Part shown: piece by piece, positions 11,198 through 21,642 of the stretch
Position numbering within the stretch: position 1 is the first letter of the stretch
Layout: each line of letters starts with the position of its first letter
Position numbers and translations under genes: made by a program
Source: Macrostomum hystrix
Lineage: Eukaryota > Animalia > Platyhelminthes
Assembly: GCA_950097015.1 (NCBI GenBank)
Contig: CATNEN010000033.1
Span: 682,001-746,000, forward strand
Length of the DNA stretch: 64,000 bases
Direction: 5' to 3'
The notes under the pieces: model-generated
Databases searched by the model: none
Told to the model about the DNA's origin: nothing
The model's input: only the letters and a program-made list of their open reading frames with translations

Positions 11198-11756
11198 TTC
11201 GTTCGCTTCGATTTGCTTATATGACAGACAGAAAAAATTGTTCGATTTATTACCGAGCGCGCTCGGCTACCGCTGTTATAACGCTTCGACTGTACTCACG
11301 GTTTGTCCCATGAACTAAAAATTTGCACTTGTCTATGGGCCTATTATGCTAAATAAATTTAACGTTGCTACTATATTGTCTACTCATAGTAGAGTAGGTA
11401 GTTTCGAACAGAAAATGAACAAAAACACGAATAATTATTTGATTTCTGAATGTCTATCTATATGTTGAAAAATCACTTAAAGAAGTGTTGATTATTCAAG
11501 AGTTATTTTCGCGAAAGTACATATATATTCTCAAACAAAGGTTGATGCAGTCTTTTTGCGAAAATACTTTTGTGTTAATATGATTACTGTTTCTAGTGGT
11601 ATTTTCGCGAAAAGACATGTGTCCTATATAAAAGTAAAGGCATTATCAAAAGAAGGTAAATGCCGTAAACGTTAATATTAATGGGGGTTCACAAAAAGTA
11701 GTTTGGTAGTAATTAGTAGTAAATTATTAGCAGATTTTTTAAATTGAGAAAAATGC

Positions 11757-11834
11757 GTAGTGCCGACTGGGATTCGAACCCGAGCCACTGCTACTAAAAA
11801 TGAATGCTTTAGACCTGCATGCCAGATCACTTGC
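11757..11834 (-). pseudogene. tRNA-derived sequence (A-box/B-box-like), copy 1
   Basis: Minus strand reads TGGCATGCAGGTCTAAAGC...GGGTTCGAATCCCAG; acceptor and anticodon stems pair poorly. Confidence 0.45.
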
Positions 11835-12321
11835 AAAAGATTGGTGTGTTATCTGGTTATTTATATTGATGAGTCACTTTTCGCGAAAAAAAAACTGTAT
11901 AGCATAATATCGAACTCATAATATATTCAACGATGCTATATTGTCTACTCATAGTAGAGTAGGTAGTTTCGAACAGAAAATGAACAAAAACACGAATAAT
12001 TATTTGATTTCTGAATGTCTATCTATATGTTGAAAAATCACTTAAAGAAGTGTTGATTATTCAAGAGTTATTTTCGCGAAAGTACATATATATTCTCAAA
12101 CAAAGGTTGATGCAGTCTTTTTGCGAAAATACTTTTGTGTTAATATGATTACTGTTTCTAGTGGTATTTTCGCGAAAAGACATGTGTCCTATATAAAAGT
12201 AAAGGCATTATCAAAAGAAGGTAAATGCCGTAAACGTTAATATTAATGGGGGTTCACAAAAAGTAGTTTGGTAGTAATTAGTAGTAAATTATTAGCAGAT
12301 TTTTTAAATTGAGAAAAATGC

Positions 12322-12399
12322 GTAGTGCCGACTGGGATTCGAACCCGAGCCACTGCTACTAAAAATGAATGCTTTAGACCTGCATGCCAGATCACTTGC
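12322..12399 (-). pseudogene. tRNA-derived sequence (A-box/B-box-like), copy 2
   Basis: Duplicate of 11757-11834 within the 565-bp repeat. Confidence 0.45.
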
Positions 12400-12984
12400 A
12401 AATGATTGGTGTGTTATATGGTTATTTATATTGATGAGTCACTTTTGGCGAAAAAACTGTAACGAAAATACGGATACGTATTTCATAATTCAGTCTAACA
12501 GAACAATAAGATTTATTGAGGGAATAGAGATAGTACTGCTGATTACTATTATTGTTTGTATTTTCGCGAAATACAGATACGTATTCAAACGAAGGTAGAA
12601 CAGTATTTTTTGCAAAAGCACTTTAAGTACTTTAGTTACATTAGATGATGTTTTCGCAAAATGCTTAAAGTGAAGTAGCAATGTTAATACAGGGCAAGGT
12701 ATTTTCGCGAAAGTACAATGAAATATGGTGCATGAAGGACACAGTGATATATATTAGCACTTTCGCAAACACGACTACATGCTCCGCAGTGCTCGATTGC
12801 GAAAAGACATAGGCTTAGCTGTTCTAATTATAGAAATACACTACGGAGATAAAAAAAAAGGTCATTTGGTATATGTGTCCGTATTTTCGCGAAATGACCA
12901 CCTACGGTGTTCTATTTTTAGAAATACACTAGGGAGATCAAAAAAAAGGTCATTCAGCCTTTTTGCGATACGCATGCATGCACT

Positions 12985-13140
12985 TCCTTCCGGAAGATGT
13001 TGCTTCCTATGGATTTACATTGAGGCAATCCCTTCCGGAAGATTTTGCGTCCTATTGATTTACATAGAAGCAATTCCTTCCGGAAGATTTTGCGTCCTAT
13101 TGATTTACATAGAAGCAATTCCTTCCGGAAGATTTTGCCA
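12985..13140. repeat. 41-bp minisatellite (CCTTCCGGAAG core, ~3.7 units)
   Basis: Direct reading; palindromic CTTCCGGAAG core. Confidence 0.8.
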
Positions 13141-13460
13141 ATGCAGTTAATATGCTAGAGCCATAGACGGTTGGGTCTGGAGTGTGGCCTTGAGGGCCAT
13201 GAGTAGCGGAATTCCCAATTGTTCATACGGAAATCCTAAATTTGGGTAGGGGTCTGCGAGCAAAATCTTCCGACTGTTGGGGTCTGCAGGCATTTCCTTC
13301 CGATGCATATTTTGTCTCCACCACCATCTTAAAGCGGGTTAGCAGATGTGGGCATGCAGGCAGAAATAGCTAGACGGCCAAAATATTACATAACAAAATA
13401 TTACATAACACAAAATAATCAGTTTGTTGGGGTCCGCAGGACATTATCATCAATGCATAT

Positions 13461-14236
13461 TTTGTACATCTACTCCGCTTAATCACAATGCGATTGAAGC
13501 AGCAGCAGAAACAATCCAATCGGATCACTCGCCAGTACCATCGCCATCAATGCCAATGTTGCAAATTGAGCCAATCGGATCACCAGCGATGCCTATGTTG
13601 CCGATTCCAACTGTCGAGGTGCCGTATTTCGTTCCGGTGCCGCTACCTGTTTTTATTCCTGTCTGTGCGCCAAGAGTAACAACAGCGACAGTTGGTGTCA
13701 GTGCACAAAACGGTGTGACCGATGTTTCCATCGAAGCCAATGTCAGCACGCAGTCAGTGTGTATTGGTACATCATCCGGTCACGGTGATGACATTGAAAT
13801 GGCGCAGATTCTGCTCGACTTGATGCAACCTGCCGCTATGCAATTTCTGTCTACCAATACGGATTGTGTTGCTGCTGCTGCTGGATCGGATTTCGCTGCC
13901 CATTCCGAAGCAAGTCACATCGATGATATGTTTGATGTCGCAATGGAGATCATCATTGCTGATGTCAACAACGATTCTGATGAACAGCTATCTGATGTGA
14001 CAGTGCCGCAAGGAGATGCCGATGCCGCAGCAAAATTGGTTCTGACCGCCGACCTTGACGACGATGTCGCAATGTCAATAAGTGATGTGCAGTCATCGCA
14101 ATCGACTATACCTGCGACTGATGCTTTGCATGCATCTAGACGCTCGTATTGTATATGCACACACAATATATTGACTACGACAGTGTCAAGACACGGCCGA
14201 TTGATCAAGACGCGACAATGTCTGTGCGGTAATTGA
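13461..14236 (+). pseudogene. 5'-truncated copy of the 502-aa ZnF gene (C-terminal ~258 codons)
   Basis: Near-identical to the reverse complement of 4057-4832; homology starts abruptly at 13461. Confidence 0.85.
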
Positions 14237-14303
14237 TTTCATTCAATTCAATTGGCTCGGCGTGCAACTCAGATTGGGCTGCTTTGTCTGTCTACTGGCT
14301 GAT

Positions 14304-14334
<31 letters not shown>

Positions 14335-15020
14335 ATAATCGACTCACTCACTTATAATAAATTCAGACTGAACTTGATTTAATCGATTGACTTAATATAC
14401 GTTGATATAAGAATAAACTAAAAAATATAAACTTTTACGCGATTTGATTCTAAGCGATTTGATTCCACTACTGTCTATTCTTATTACATCAATTTTAGTT
14501 TTAAGTCTACTTCATTATTCTCAGGTTTTGCGCAATATAAATACAAACATAATATCTCAGACTGATCGATTACGATTACGTCGGTCTTGTAATAAGTCTC
14601 AACGCCAATGTAAACCGCATAACCGCCAGTCAGTTCAGTTCATATTATTTTAATGATAGAATAAACAAGATAAGAAGTTGTGTACTATTAACAATTAAAC
14701 AAATTACAAACACTAAATTATTTTTGTTGATTATTTATTTATATTTTGAAACGGGTGACCGGGTGCAGAGCAATGTGACGGTTCGTGGTTCACATACTGC
14801 GACATGTCACATAGCCAGCAGATATCTTAGCAGCTTCCGTTGAAGGACGCGAAAATACATTATACTGTTCAACAAGTATGTGACATGTCGCAGTATGTGA
14901 ACCACTGAACCGTCACACCGAATCACTATACACTACAATACCATAGCAGTCCGGTATGTTTATATTTTGAAACGCGGGGATGTCCGGGTGCAGAGCAGGG
15001 CTGGCTAATGCTCACATTAT

Positions 15021-15092
15021 CATCGGGCCGTACGTTAGCCAGATGAAATCTTTCAGAAAAAAACTGAAATCTGGCTAACGTACGGCCCGATG
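15021..15092. repeat. Hairpin/mini-MITE with 24-bp perfect inverted repeats
   Basis: CATCGGGCCGTACGTTAGCCAGAT (15021-15044) and its reverse complement (15069-15092). Confidence 0.85.
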
Positions 15093-15995
15093 GTAACGAT
15101 GGCTAATGATACTGTCTTCCACAAGAGCCTTCTTACCTTTTTACCACTGGCACAATATGCACAGATCTCAAGTAGTCAACGATCATAGTCGTTTTGACTT
15201 AAGAATACGTATGTACTTTCGCGAAAAAGTTTTTGGCAGTGCGCAAATACTAATTATAGATGAAATGTCTGGCTATATTCGCGAAAATACCATAGATATG
15301 GCCACGCTACTTAAAGAACTTTTGCAAAAATACTGCATACAATATGAATTATATGCAGCCGTTTTTTGTGTCTACGGCCAAAAACATCTGACTGTATTTT
15401 CGAAAGAAAAATTTGGATGCGAAGAACATAAAAAATAGCGAAAAATCGAGCTGTACCAAGCAGACATGTCTTTGGTAAAATACGCACAATTTAATGCACT
15501 ACATACCTATAGTCTGCACGTTTTAAAAGTTCATCTTGTAACATCTTATATCTAGCGATACGAAAGTGTATAATAATTTATTCGTCGTTTGTACTTTACT
15601 TTTTTAAACTTATCCAACTAACTTATATGGCTGAATAATGTACAATAATGTACAATAATGTACAAGGAATAATGCACCTCGAAAATTCGTTTCTTTTTGC
15701 TTGTCAGTTAGTGAGTTCTTATTGTCGCACAAATGTTAATAATTGACGTAATAAAATAACAGAACGATTCATAACACGTATTGACGAGATTAGCATGAAT
15801 AATTTAATCATTCAATCATTTAATCAGTTTTATTGTTTTGTTGTATTTATGTATCCGTTTCAGTATCAGTATCAGAGATGTATGACCAATCAGTATTGAC
15901 AGTAAGATAACAAAGGAGGTAAAGTTATCAAAGAGAAACGATTGAATGTCTCAGATCGGCTGGTGTTGTTGGTGTTGAACCAGGTTCTCTGGTTC

Positions 15996-16378
15996 TCATA
16001 GGACACCCGGCTGCGGGATGAAAGATGGGTTTTAGGTTTCATTTATTTTGTTAGGTTTCCTTTAGTAGCTTAGATGTTACAATGCAGATGTGTTAATAAA
16101 TATTCAAATGAAAGGAATCAAAATCTACTACTCACATATGGATCCAGCCCTGCCGCTATACGACGGGCCCGGGCCATGCGTAACATGGCCGCCCGGACCC
16201 GCCGTATAGCGGCTGTCATATTTTCTTCAGCCCGGCGCCGTTCCGGCGTCCAGGCTTCCGCCGCCGCTACCTCCATTGCCACCTCCATGGTTGATCTCAT
16301 TGCGTCTTCTAACTCGGCGGCGGTTGACGCCAGTACGTAGTGCCGGAACGCCGCCGGGAATAATGAGAAAGTAGACAT
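15996..16378 (-). CDS. Two-exon 85-aa paralogue of the 1955-2335 gene (exons 16378-16136, 16010-15996)
   Basis: Same donor and acceptor as the 1955 copy; ORF intact. Confidence 0.55.
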
Positions 16379-16619
16379 AGCTGCTGTTGTTGTGCTGTTG
16401 TTGCTGCTTTGCTTGCGAAGTTTGGTTGTGGGCTGATTTCTTGGCCGATAAAAAATTTCTTGTTCTTAATACCCTGGCTGGCCTGTATTCATTGGATTTG
16501 TCTGTGGACTGACTAATCTGTGTTCGAAAAAATATACTCTATGTGGGCTTTGATTAAAGTTTAGAATTTTTTTAGACAAAACTATTTTTTGCTTTACTTG
16601 ATTTACTAACTGACTGAAC

Positions 16620-17000
16620 ATGTCGTTAATTGCCGATCAGATGCAGTTAGTACAAATGTATCTTCACCCGCACATATTTCAACTCTTTCTCAGCTGTCGC
16701 ATAGATTGCATTGGCCGGTTCATAGCGCATCGAGGGTGCTTCGAGCAGCTACCTAGTTTGCAGTGCGGTGTTCCAAATGCTGAGTATAGCGCTAATGAGT
16801 TATGCTTATTATTACGGCGCACTCAAGAATGGCTGCAACAGCACCGGTCAGCAGAAGACTATATGGCTGTCTTGTTCGTGACTGGTATAAGAGAGGATGA
16901 AGCACAAGACATCATCGAAGTGCTAGAGCTTTTTGAGGACGCCCAAGCTGAACTCCAGCTCATCATACATGGAGTTCGCTACTGGTACATCGAACAATGA
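16620..17000 (+). CDS. 126-aa orphan protein (second copy)
   Basis: Intact paralogue of 1286-1666. Confidence 0.7.
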   Translation: MSLIADQMQLVQMYLHPHIFQLFLSCRIDCIGRFIAHRGCFEQLPSLQCGVPNAEYSANELCLLLRRTQEWLQQHRSAEDYMAVLFVTGIREDEAQDIIEVLELFEDAQAELQLIIHGVRYWYIEQ

Positions 17001-17513
17001 ATGCTGTAAAATACAGAATTTATACAGAATTTTATGTATTATAGTTTACACGTTTATTTTTGCTCTCACGACTTTGCAAATCAGACTAATTGTAGAATAG
17101 CACGATTATTTGCTCAATCAATGAAATTCTACATATATTTATACTTTATATATATTTATTGGTGAAATTTAATAATAACAGTATTAATAATAACCGATTG
17201 ACTAGCTGCACACATCTGTGTTCGCGTATTAATATTTTATTACTGACTGATCTCATCAGTCATCTGATTATGATTAATGGTGAACGCGACAATATATTGT
17301 CAATAGAGACGGCAAACTGTCTTATGCTTTGAATATTACCACGTAGGTGAACGAGAGCTAGTGTATGTAAAAGTAGTTTAAAACATTTGCAGGCAGCATG
17401 AACTGTCAACTTTGAATACTTAGATGTGTTAATCAAATACCTACTTTTAATTATATTATTCAGTTAATTAATTTCATTATAACTAATGGCAACAGTGCTT
17501 AACAAAAGAATTG

Positions 17514-17966
17514 CTACATGTCATTCAAATCTGGGTTATTAGCAGCACGATTGGCATCGCCGCGCTCTCTTTCAGTGCCAGTGCCGCCATTGTTGATGCT
17601 GCTGCTACTACTTACAATTGGTGACTGTATATCGGTCACTTGCGCATGCTGCGGCAGTTGCAATTGGCCGGCTAAATCACGTGTCGGATTGGCGTTCACA
17701 ATAGAAAATCTCTGATTGTAAATGCGCACGACACCTGGACGATGCAATACGTACTGAACACGTTGACGTGAAGGCAGAATAGCAAAATCGGAGTCTGAAC
17801 TACTATCCGAGCTGTGCCTTCGTCGACGTCGCTCAGTGCCAATCACGACATCCGTGCTGCTACTGACGGTAGGGCACGAGATCGGTTTGTCGTTGCCAGA
17901 GTTGTGATCCTCTCTGTCGATATCTCGTTGATCTCCGCCATTGTGCCGCCCACCCAGGGATGACAT
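17514..17966 (-). CDS. 150-aa orphan protein (second copy of 314-772)
   Basis: Intact paralogue. Confidence 0.55.
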   Translation of the reverse strand: MSSLGGRHNGGDQRDIDREDHNSGNDKPISCPTVSSSTDVVIGTERRRRRHSSDSSSDSDFAILPSRQRVQYVLHRPGVVRIYNQRFSIVNANPTRDLAGQLQLPQHAQVTDIQSPIVSSSSSINNGGTGTERERGDANRAANNPDLNDM

Positions 17967-18200
17967 GTTGTAGTTTTTTTATTTGAAACAATAATTAAGA
18001 ATCTAAAATGTGTAAATAAGTTACGCCACTTACCTTAGTAAAGTAACCAACTAAAAACCCTATTTCTAGTCTATGGTAACAAGATTGCTGATAATCTTAT
18101 GTGATTGGGAATATGTAATCAATGCAGTTGAAACTTTGGACAATTAATGAAGTAAATAAAACAAGTTCAACATTTTAAATACTGCCCCCATTGTCTCGCC

Positions 18201-18854
18201 ATGCCTACATCAACATCATCATCAGGGCCAACTCTAAACGATGCGGAAAAATCCAACTGTCACGACGATGACGTTGAGCTGAATGAAGAGCCAGGCTATG
18301 ATGACTACGGGTATGATGAAACATACAATTCAACATACAGTTTTGTATTCGGCCTGGCAGACGACCATTTGTTATACGCCGTAGCTGAAGAGGTCGAAGC
18401 GGCGATGGCAGCCAATTGCTTAGACTCAGCTGACGACGAGCTTTTATATGCCGCAGCTGAAGAGGCGGAGGCGTCAGCAGCAGCGGCAGCGATGGCAGCC
18501 AGTAGCTGCTTATTTGACCCAGCTGATGACGAGCTTTTGTATGCCGCAGCTGAAGAGGCGGAGGCGTCAGCAGCAGCGGCAGCGATGGCAGCCAGTAGCT
18601 GCTTGTTTGACCCAGCTGATGACGAGCTTTTGTATGCAGCAGCTGAAGAGGCGGAGGCGTCAGCAGCAGCGGCAGCGATGGCAGCCAGTAGCTGTTTATT
18701 TGACCCAGCTGATGACGAGCTTTTGTATGCCGCAGCTGAAGAGGCGGAGGCGTCAGCAGCAGCGGCAGCGATGGCAGCCAGTAGCTGTTTATTTGACCCA
18801 GCTGACGACTGCCTATTGTATGCCGCAGCTGAAGAGGCGGAGGCATACGTTTGA
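18201..18854 (+). CDS. 217-aa acidic protein with 31-aa repeats (DPADDELLYAAAEEAEASAAAAAMAASSCLF; 93-bp units, ~4.7 copies)
   Basis: ATG-initiated ORF, repeat period a multiple of 3; its 5' end is duplicated at 78-1 on the minus strand. Confidence 0.55.
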   Translation: MPTSTSSSGPTLNDAEKSNCHDDDVELNEEPGYDDYGYDETYNSTYSFVFGLADDHLLYAVAEEVEAAMAANCLDSADDELLYAAAEEAEASAAAAAMAASSCLFDPADDELLYAAAEEAEASAAAAAMAASSCLFDPADDELLYAAAEEAEASAAAAAMAASSCLFDPADDELLYAAAEEAEASAAAAAMAASSCLFDPADDCLLYAAAEEAEAYV

Positions 18855-19689
18855 AATTATATTATAAAATAATGCAGAAACTATGATTCATTACAGTTAT
18901 TTTATAAATAAAGCCTCTGATTATCATAACGATTTGATATACATATTGGTGTTGTTTTGTTAGTGATTGAAAATACACTAATCTTTTCGTGAAAATACCA
19001 TCACCAACAATCATAAGCACAAACGTAAGCATTATTGTTTGTATTTTTTTGTTTGTAAACGTTCATATTATTTTAATACTCAAAGCAATTTCGCATAAAT
19101 ACAGCAGTTTGTCCCTATACTTTCCTAATTTTCAGATTTTTTCCCAGCTTTTTTCGACTCATTATTCGGTCTTTTCGGAGAGCCATTTGGGCCTCATTGA
19201 AACGCAAATATAGCAATTTTCGTATAGCGCTTATATTTCAGTGCGCAGCAGTTCAGTTCTGCTCCATTTAGCTTACTATTTAGATTTATTTATTCGGAAG
19301 TCAGATTAAGACAAAAAATGAACATAAAGGCCTTCCTAAAATCACTTTCATCTTCTCTCGTTTATAACAACGTAAACAGTGTATTTAAATTCATGCGTAT
19401 TTAAATTCACGCGCTAGCTCTGCAGCTATTTTTAGAACTGGGAAGACCACGCTTCCTCTATGGCTTTGCTCGCAAGCACTCTTTTTCTCTCATTATTGAT
19501 ATTGCATTAGAGCAGCAGCAGTGTACAGTATACTGAATGTATTGTTTCGTTCGAGATCGATTGACTGACTGATTGACACTGATTGACACAGACTCTATGT
19601 CTTATGACATTCAATAATTTGATTTAATTTTGACTGGCGGCGGCAGCGACGACAAGCAAAAAACACGGAAAGGCAATTAGAATATAATT

Positions 19690-20760
19690 TCTATGCTAAA
19701 GTCTACTCGATTATATTTCGCAGAGGCTAACTAATGCTATCCAGCTGTACAATTGAATATTTATCTCACCTCGAAGTGGGCACAGGCGGACAGGGCTGGC
19801 TACCGCTGCTTCTGATGCTGCTGGCTGCTGCTACTGCTGCTGCTTGGCCAATGGGCACAACCGGACAGGGCTGGCTACCGCTGCTTCTGATGCTGCTGGC
19901 TGCTGCTACTGCTGCTGCTTGGCCAATGGGCACAACCGGACAGGGCTGGCTACCGCTGCTTCTGATGCTGCTGGCTGCTGCTACTGCTGCTGCTTGGCCA
20001 ATGGGCACAGGCGGACGGGGCTGGCTTCGGCTACTTCTGCTGCTACTGATGGTGCTGGCTGGTGCCGGCCGGTTTAGCTGCACTGAGCTGAGGATGAGCA
20101 CGGAAAATGCGATTCTAATACTTTCTATGCTAAAATCAGTTCGATTATATATCACAGAGGCTAACTAATGCTATCCAGCTGTACAATTGAATATTTATCT
20201 CACCTCGAAGTGGGCACAGGCGGACGGGGGCTGTCGAGCTGCTGGGATAGCTAGTTAGCTGCTGGCTGTTGCTACTGATGCTGCTTGGCCAATGGGCACA
20301 GGCGGACGGGGGCTGGCTGCTGGTACTGCTGCTTCTGCTGCTTCTGCTGCTTCTGCTGCTTCTGCTGCTTGTGCTGCAACTGCTGCTACTGCTGCTACTG
20401 CTGCAATGCTACACTTGGCTGGTGCCGGCCGGTACAGTTGCACGGAGCTGAGGATAAGCATAGAAAAGCAATTCGAATATTTTTTACGCTAAAGGCTACT
20501 CGATTATATTTCGCAGAGGCTAACTAATGCTATCCAGCTGTACAATTGAATATTTATCTCACCTCGAAGTGGGCACAGGCGGACGGGGCTGGCTGCGGCT
20601 ATTGATGCTGCTGGCTGCTGCTTCTGCTTCTGCAGATTCTGCTGATGGTGCTGATGCTGCTGGCTGCTGCTTCTGCTTCTGCAGATTCTGCTGATGGTGC
20701 TGATGCTTCTGATGCTATTGCTGGTGCTGCTTATGCTGCTGCTGGTGAGTGAAGATGCGC
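19690..20760. repeat. Three tandem modules, each a conserved AT-rich segment plus a CTG-rich segment with nested 63-bp repeats
   Basis: GAGGCTAACTAATGCTATCCAGCTGTACAATTGAATATTTATCTCACCTCGAAG recurs at ~19723, ~20157 and ~20516. Confidence 0.8.
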
Positions 20761-20825
20761 TGCAAATAAGAAAAAGGCTCTGTATTTAAAATAGGCCGTG
20801 TAAGTCTCTGCTCATAAATATGAAT

Positions 20826-21080
20826 TACAAGCTGGGTTAATATAATAGGCCCTTTAATTAGTCTTTGTATATATAATAGGCCCTGCAATTAGTATTTGTA
20901 TATATAATAGGCCCTTTAATTAGTCTTTGTATATATAATAGGCCCTGCAATTAGTATTTGTATATATAATAGGCCCTTTAATTAGTCTTTGTATATATAA
21001 TAGGCCCTGCAATTAGTATTTGTATATATAATAGGCCCTTTAATTAGTCTTTGTATATATAATAGGCCCTGCTATTAGTA
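20826..21080. repeat. 41-bp minisatellite (TATATAATAGGCCC...), resumes at 23356 after the Helitron
   Basis: Alternating GGCCCTTTAATTAG / GGCCCTGCAATTAG units. Confidence 0.9.
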
Positions 21081-21642
21081 TCTATATATATATAAAAGTG
21101 AAAACTCTGTCTGTCTGTCTGTCTGTGTGTGTGCAACCTTTTGTCTTTATAGACGCCGAAACCGCTCAACCAAATCGCACCAAACTTTGCACATACCTAA
21201 AACCACCTACGCTGAGTGCAATAGGCAACTCAAATTCCCGAAAAATCATTTCCTTCCTGCTCAAAAGTGCAAAAAACTGCTCAAAAATCGTCAAAAAATC
21301 ACTCAATTCGACATATCGTCGCCCCACTTTGTCAGATTTTCTCCAAATTTGATCCACTTACACTTTACATGTTTTCCAACAATGCTGTCAATTTTGAACA
21401 TCTCTACTCAATCCAGAGCAAAGCTGCATCATCTCAAAGTGAGTCACTTTTTGTTTTCCGAGGACAGCCACCCCAACTCCCCTCCGCCACTCTGCGGGCC
21501 AAATTTTATTACAGCCACCCCCTCCCTTCCCCGGGCGCCGAAGCCCCAGACTGTACATTGTATTTCAAGCCGTGAATGTACACAGCCCAAACCCCTAGAC
21601 TGTCTACTGGCCCCCAAGCAGCACTGAGACTGAGTGCGGTGA

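Larger units (their letters stand above)
11371..12460. repeat. 565-bp tandem duplication upstream of the ZnF-YR gene
   Basis: CTATATTGTCTACTCATAGTAGAG at 11371 and 11936; near-identical units. Confidence 0.9.
1..12970 (-). mobile_element. Element A, copy 1: multi-gene tyrosine-recombinase-like element (left end outside window, right end approximate)
   Basis: Colinear with 29216-36695 (ZnF gene, array, 139-aa gene, array, YR gene) and, in inverted orientation, with 13461-18278. Carries a spliced ZnF-YR gene. TTTTCGCGAAAA palindromes are dense here and were not seen in the host-gene part of the window. Confidence 0.7.
13461..20800 (+). mobile_element. Element A, inverted partial copy 3 (right boundary approximate)
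   Basis: 13461-18278 is the reverse complement of 4832-1. The breakpoint lies inside the ZnF gene. Sequence continues into an acidic-repeat gene whose start is also seen at 78-1. Confidence 0.7.

Noticed and set aside
11757-12399. Functional tRNA genes
   Set aside because: Acceptor and anticodon stems do not pair properly; only the promoter-box-like parts are recognisable.
13424-13460. Genuine N-terminus for the 270-aa ORF
   Set aside because: It starts at TTG in unrelated sequence fused at the duplication breakpoint.
1-18278. True terminal inverted repeats of a Polinton-like element
   Set aside because: The inner breakpoint truncates a gene, the arms diverge unevenly, and no PolB, DDE integrase, ATPase, protease or capsid ORF is recognisable.
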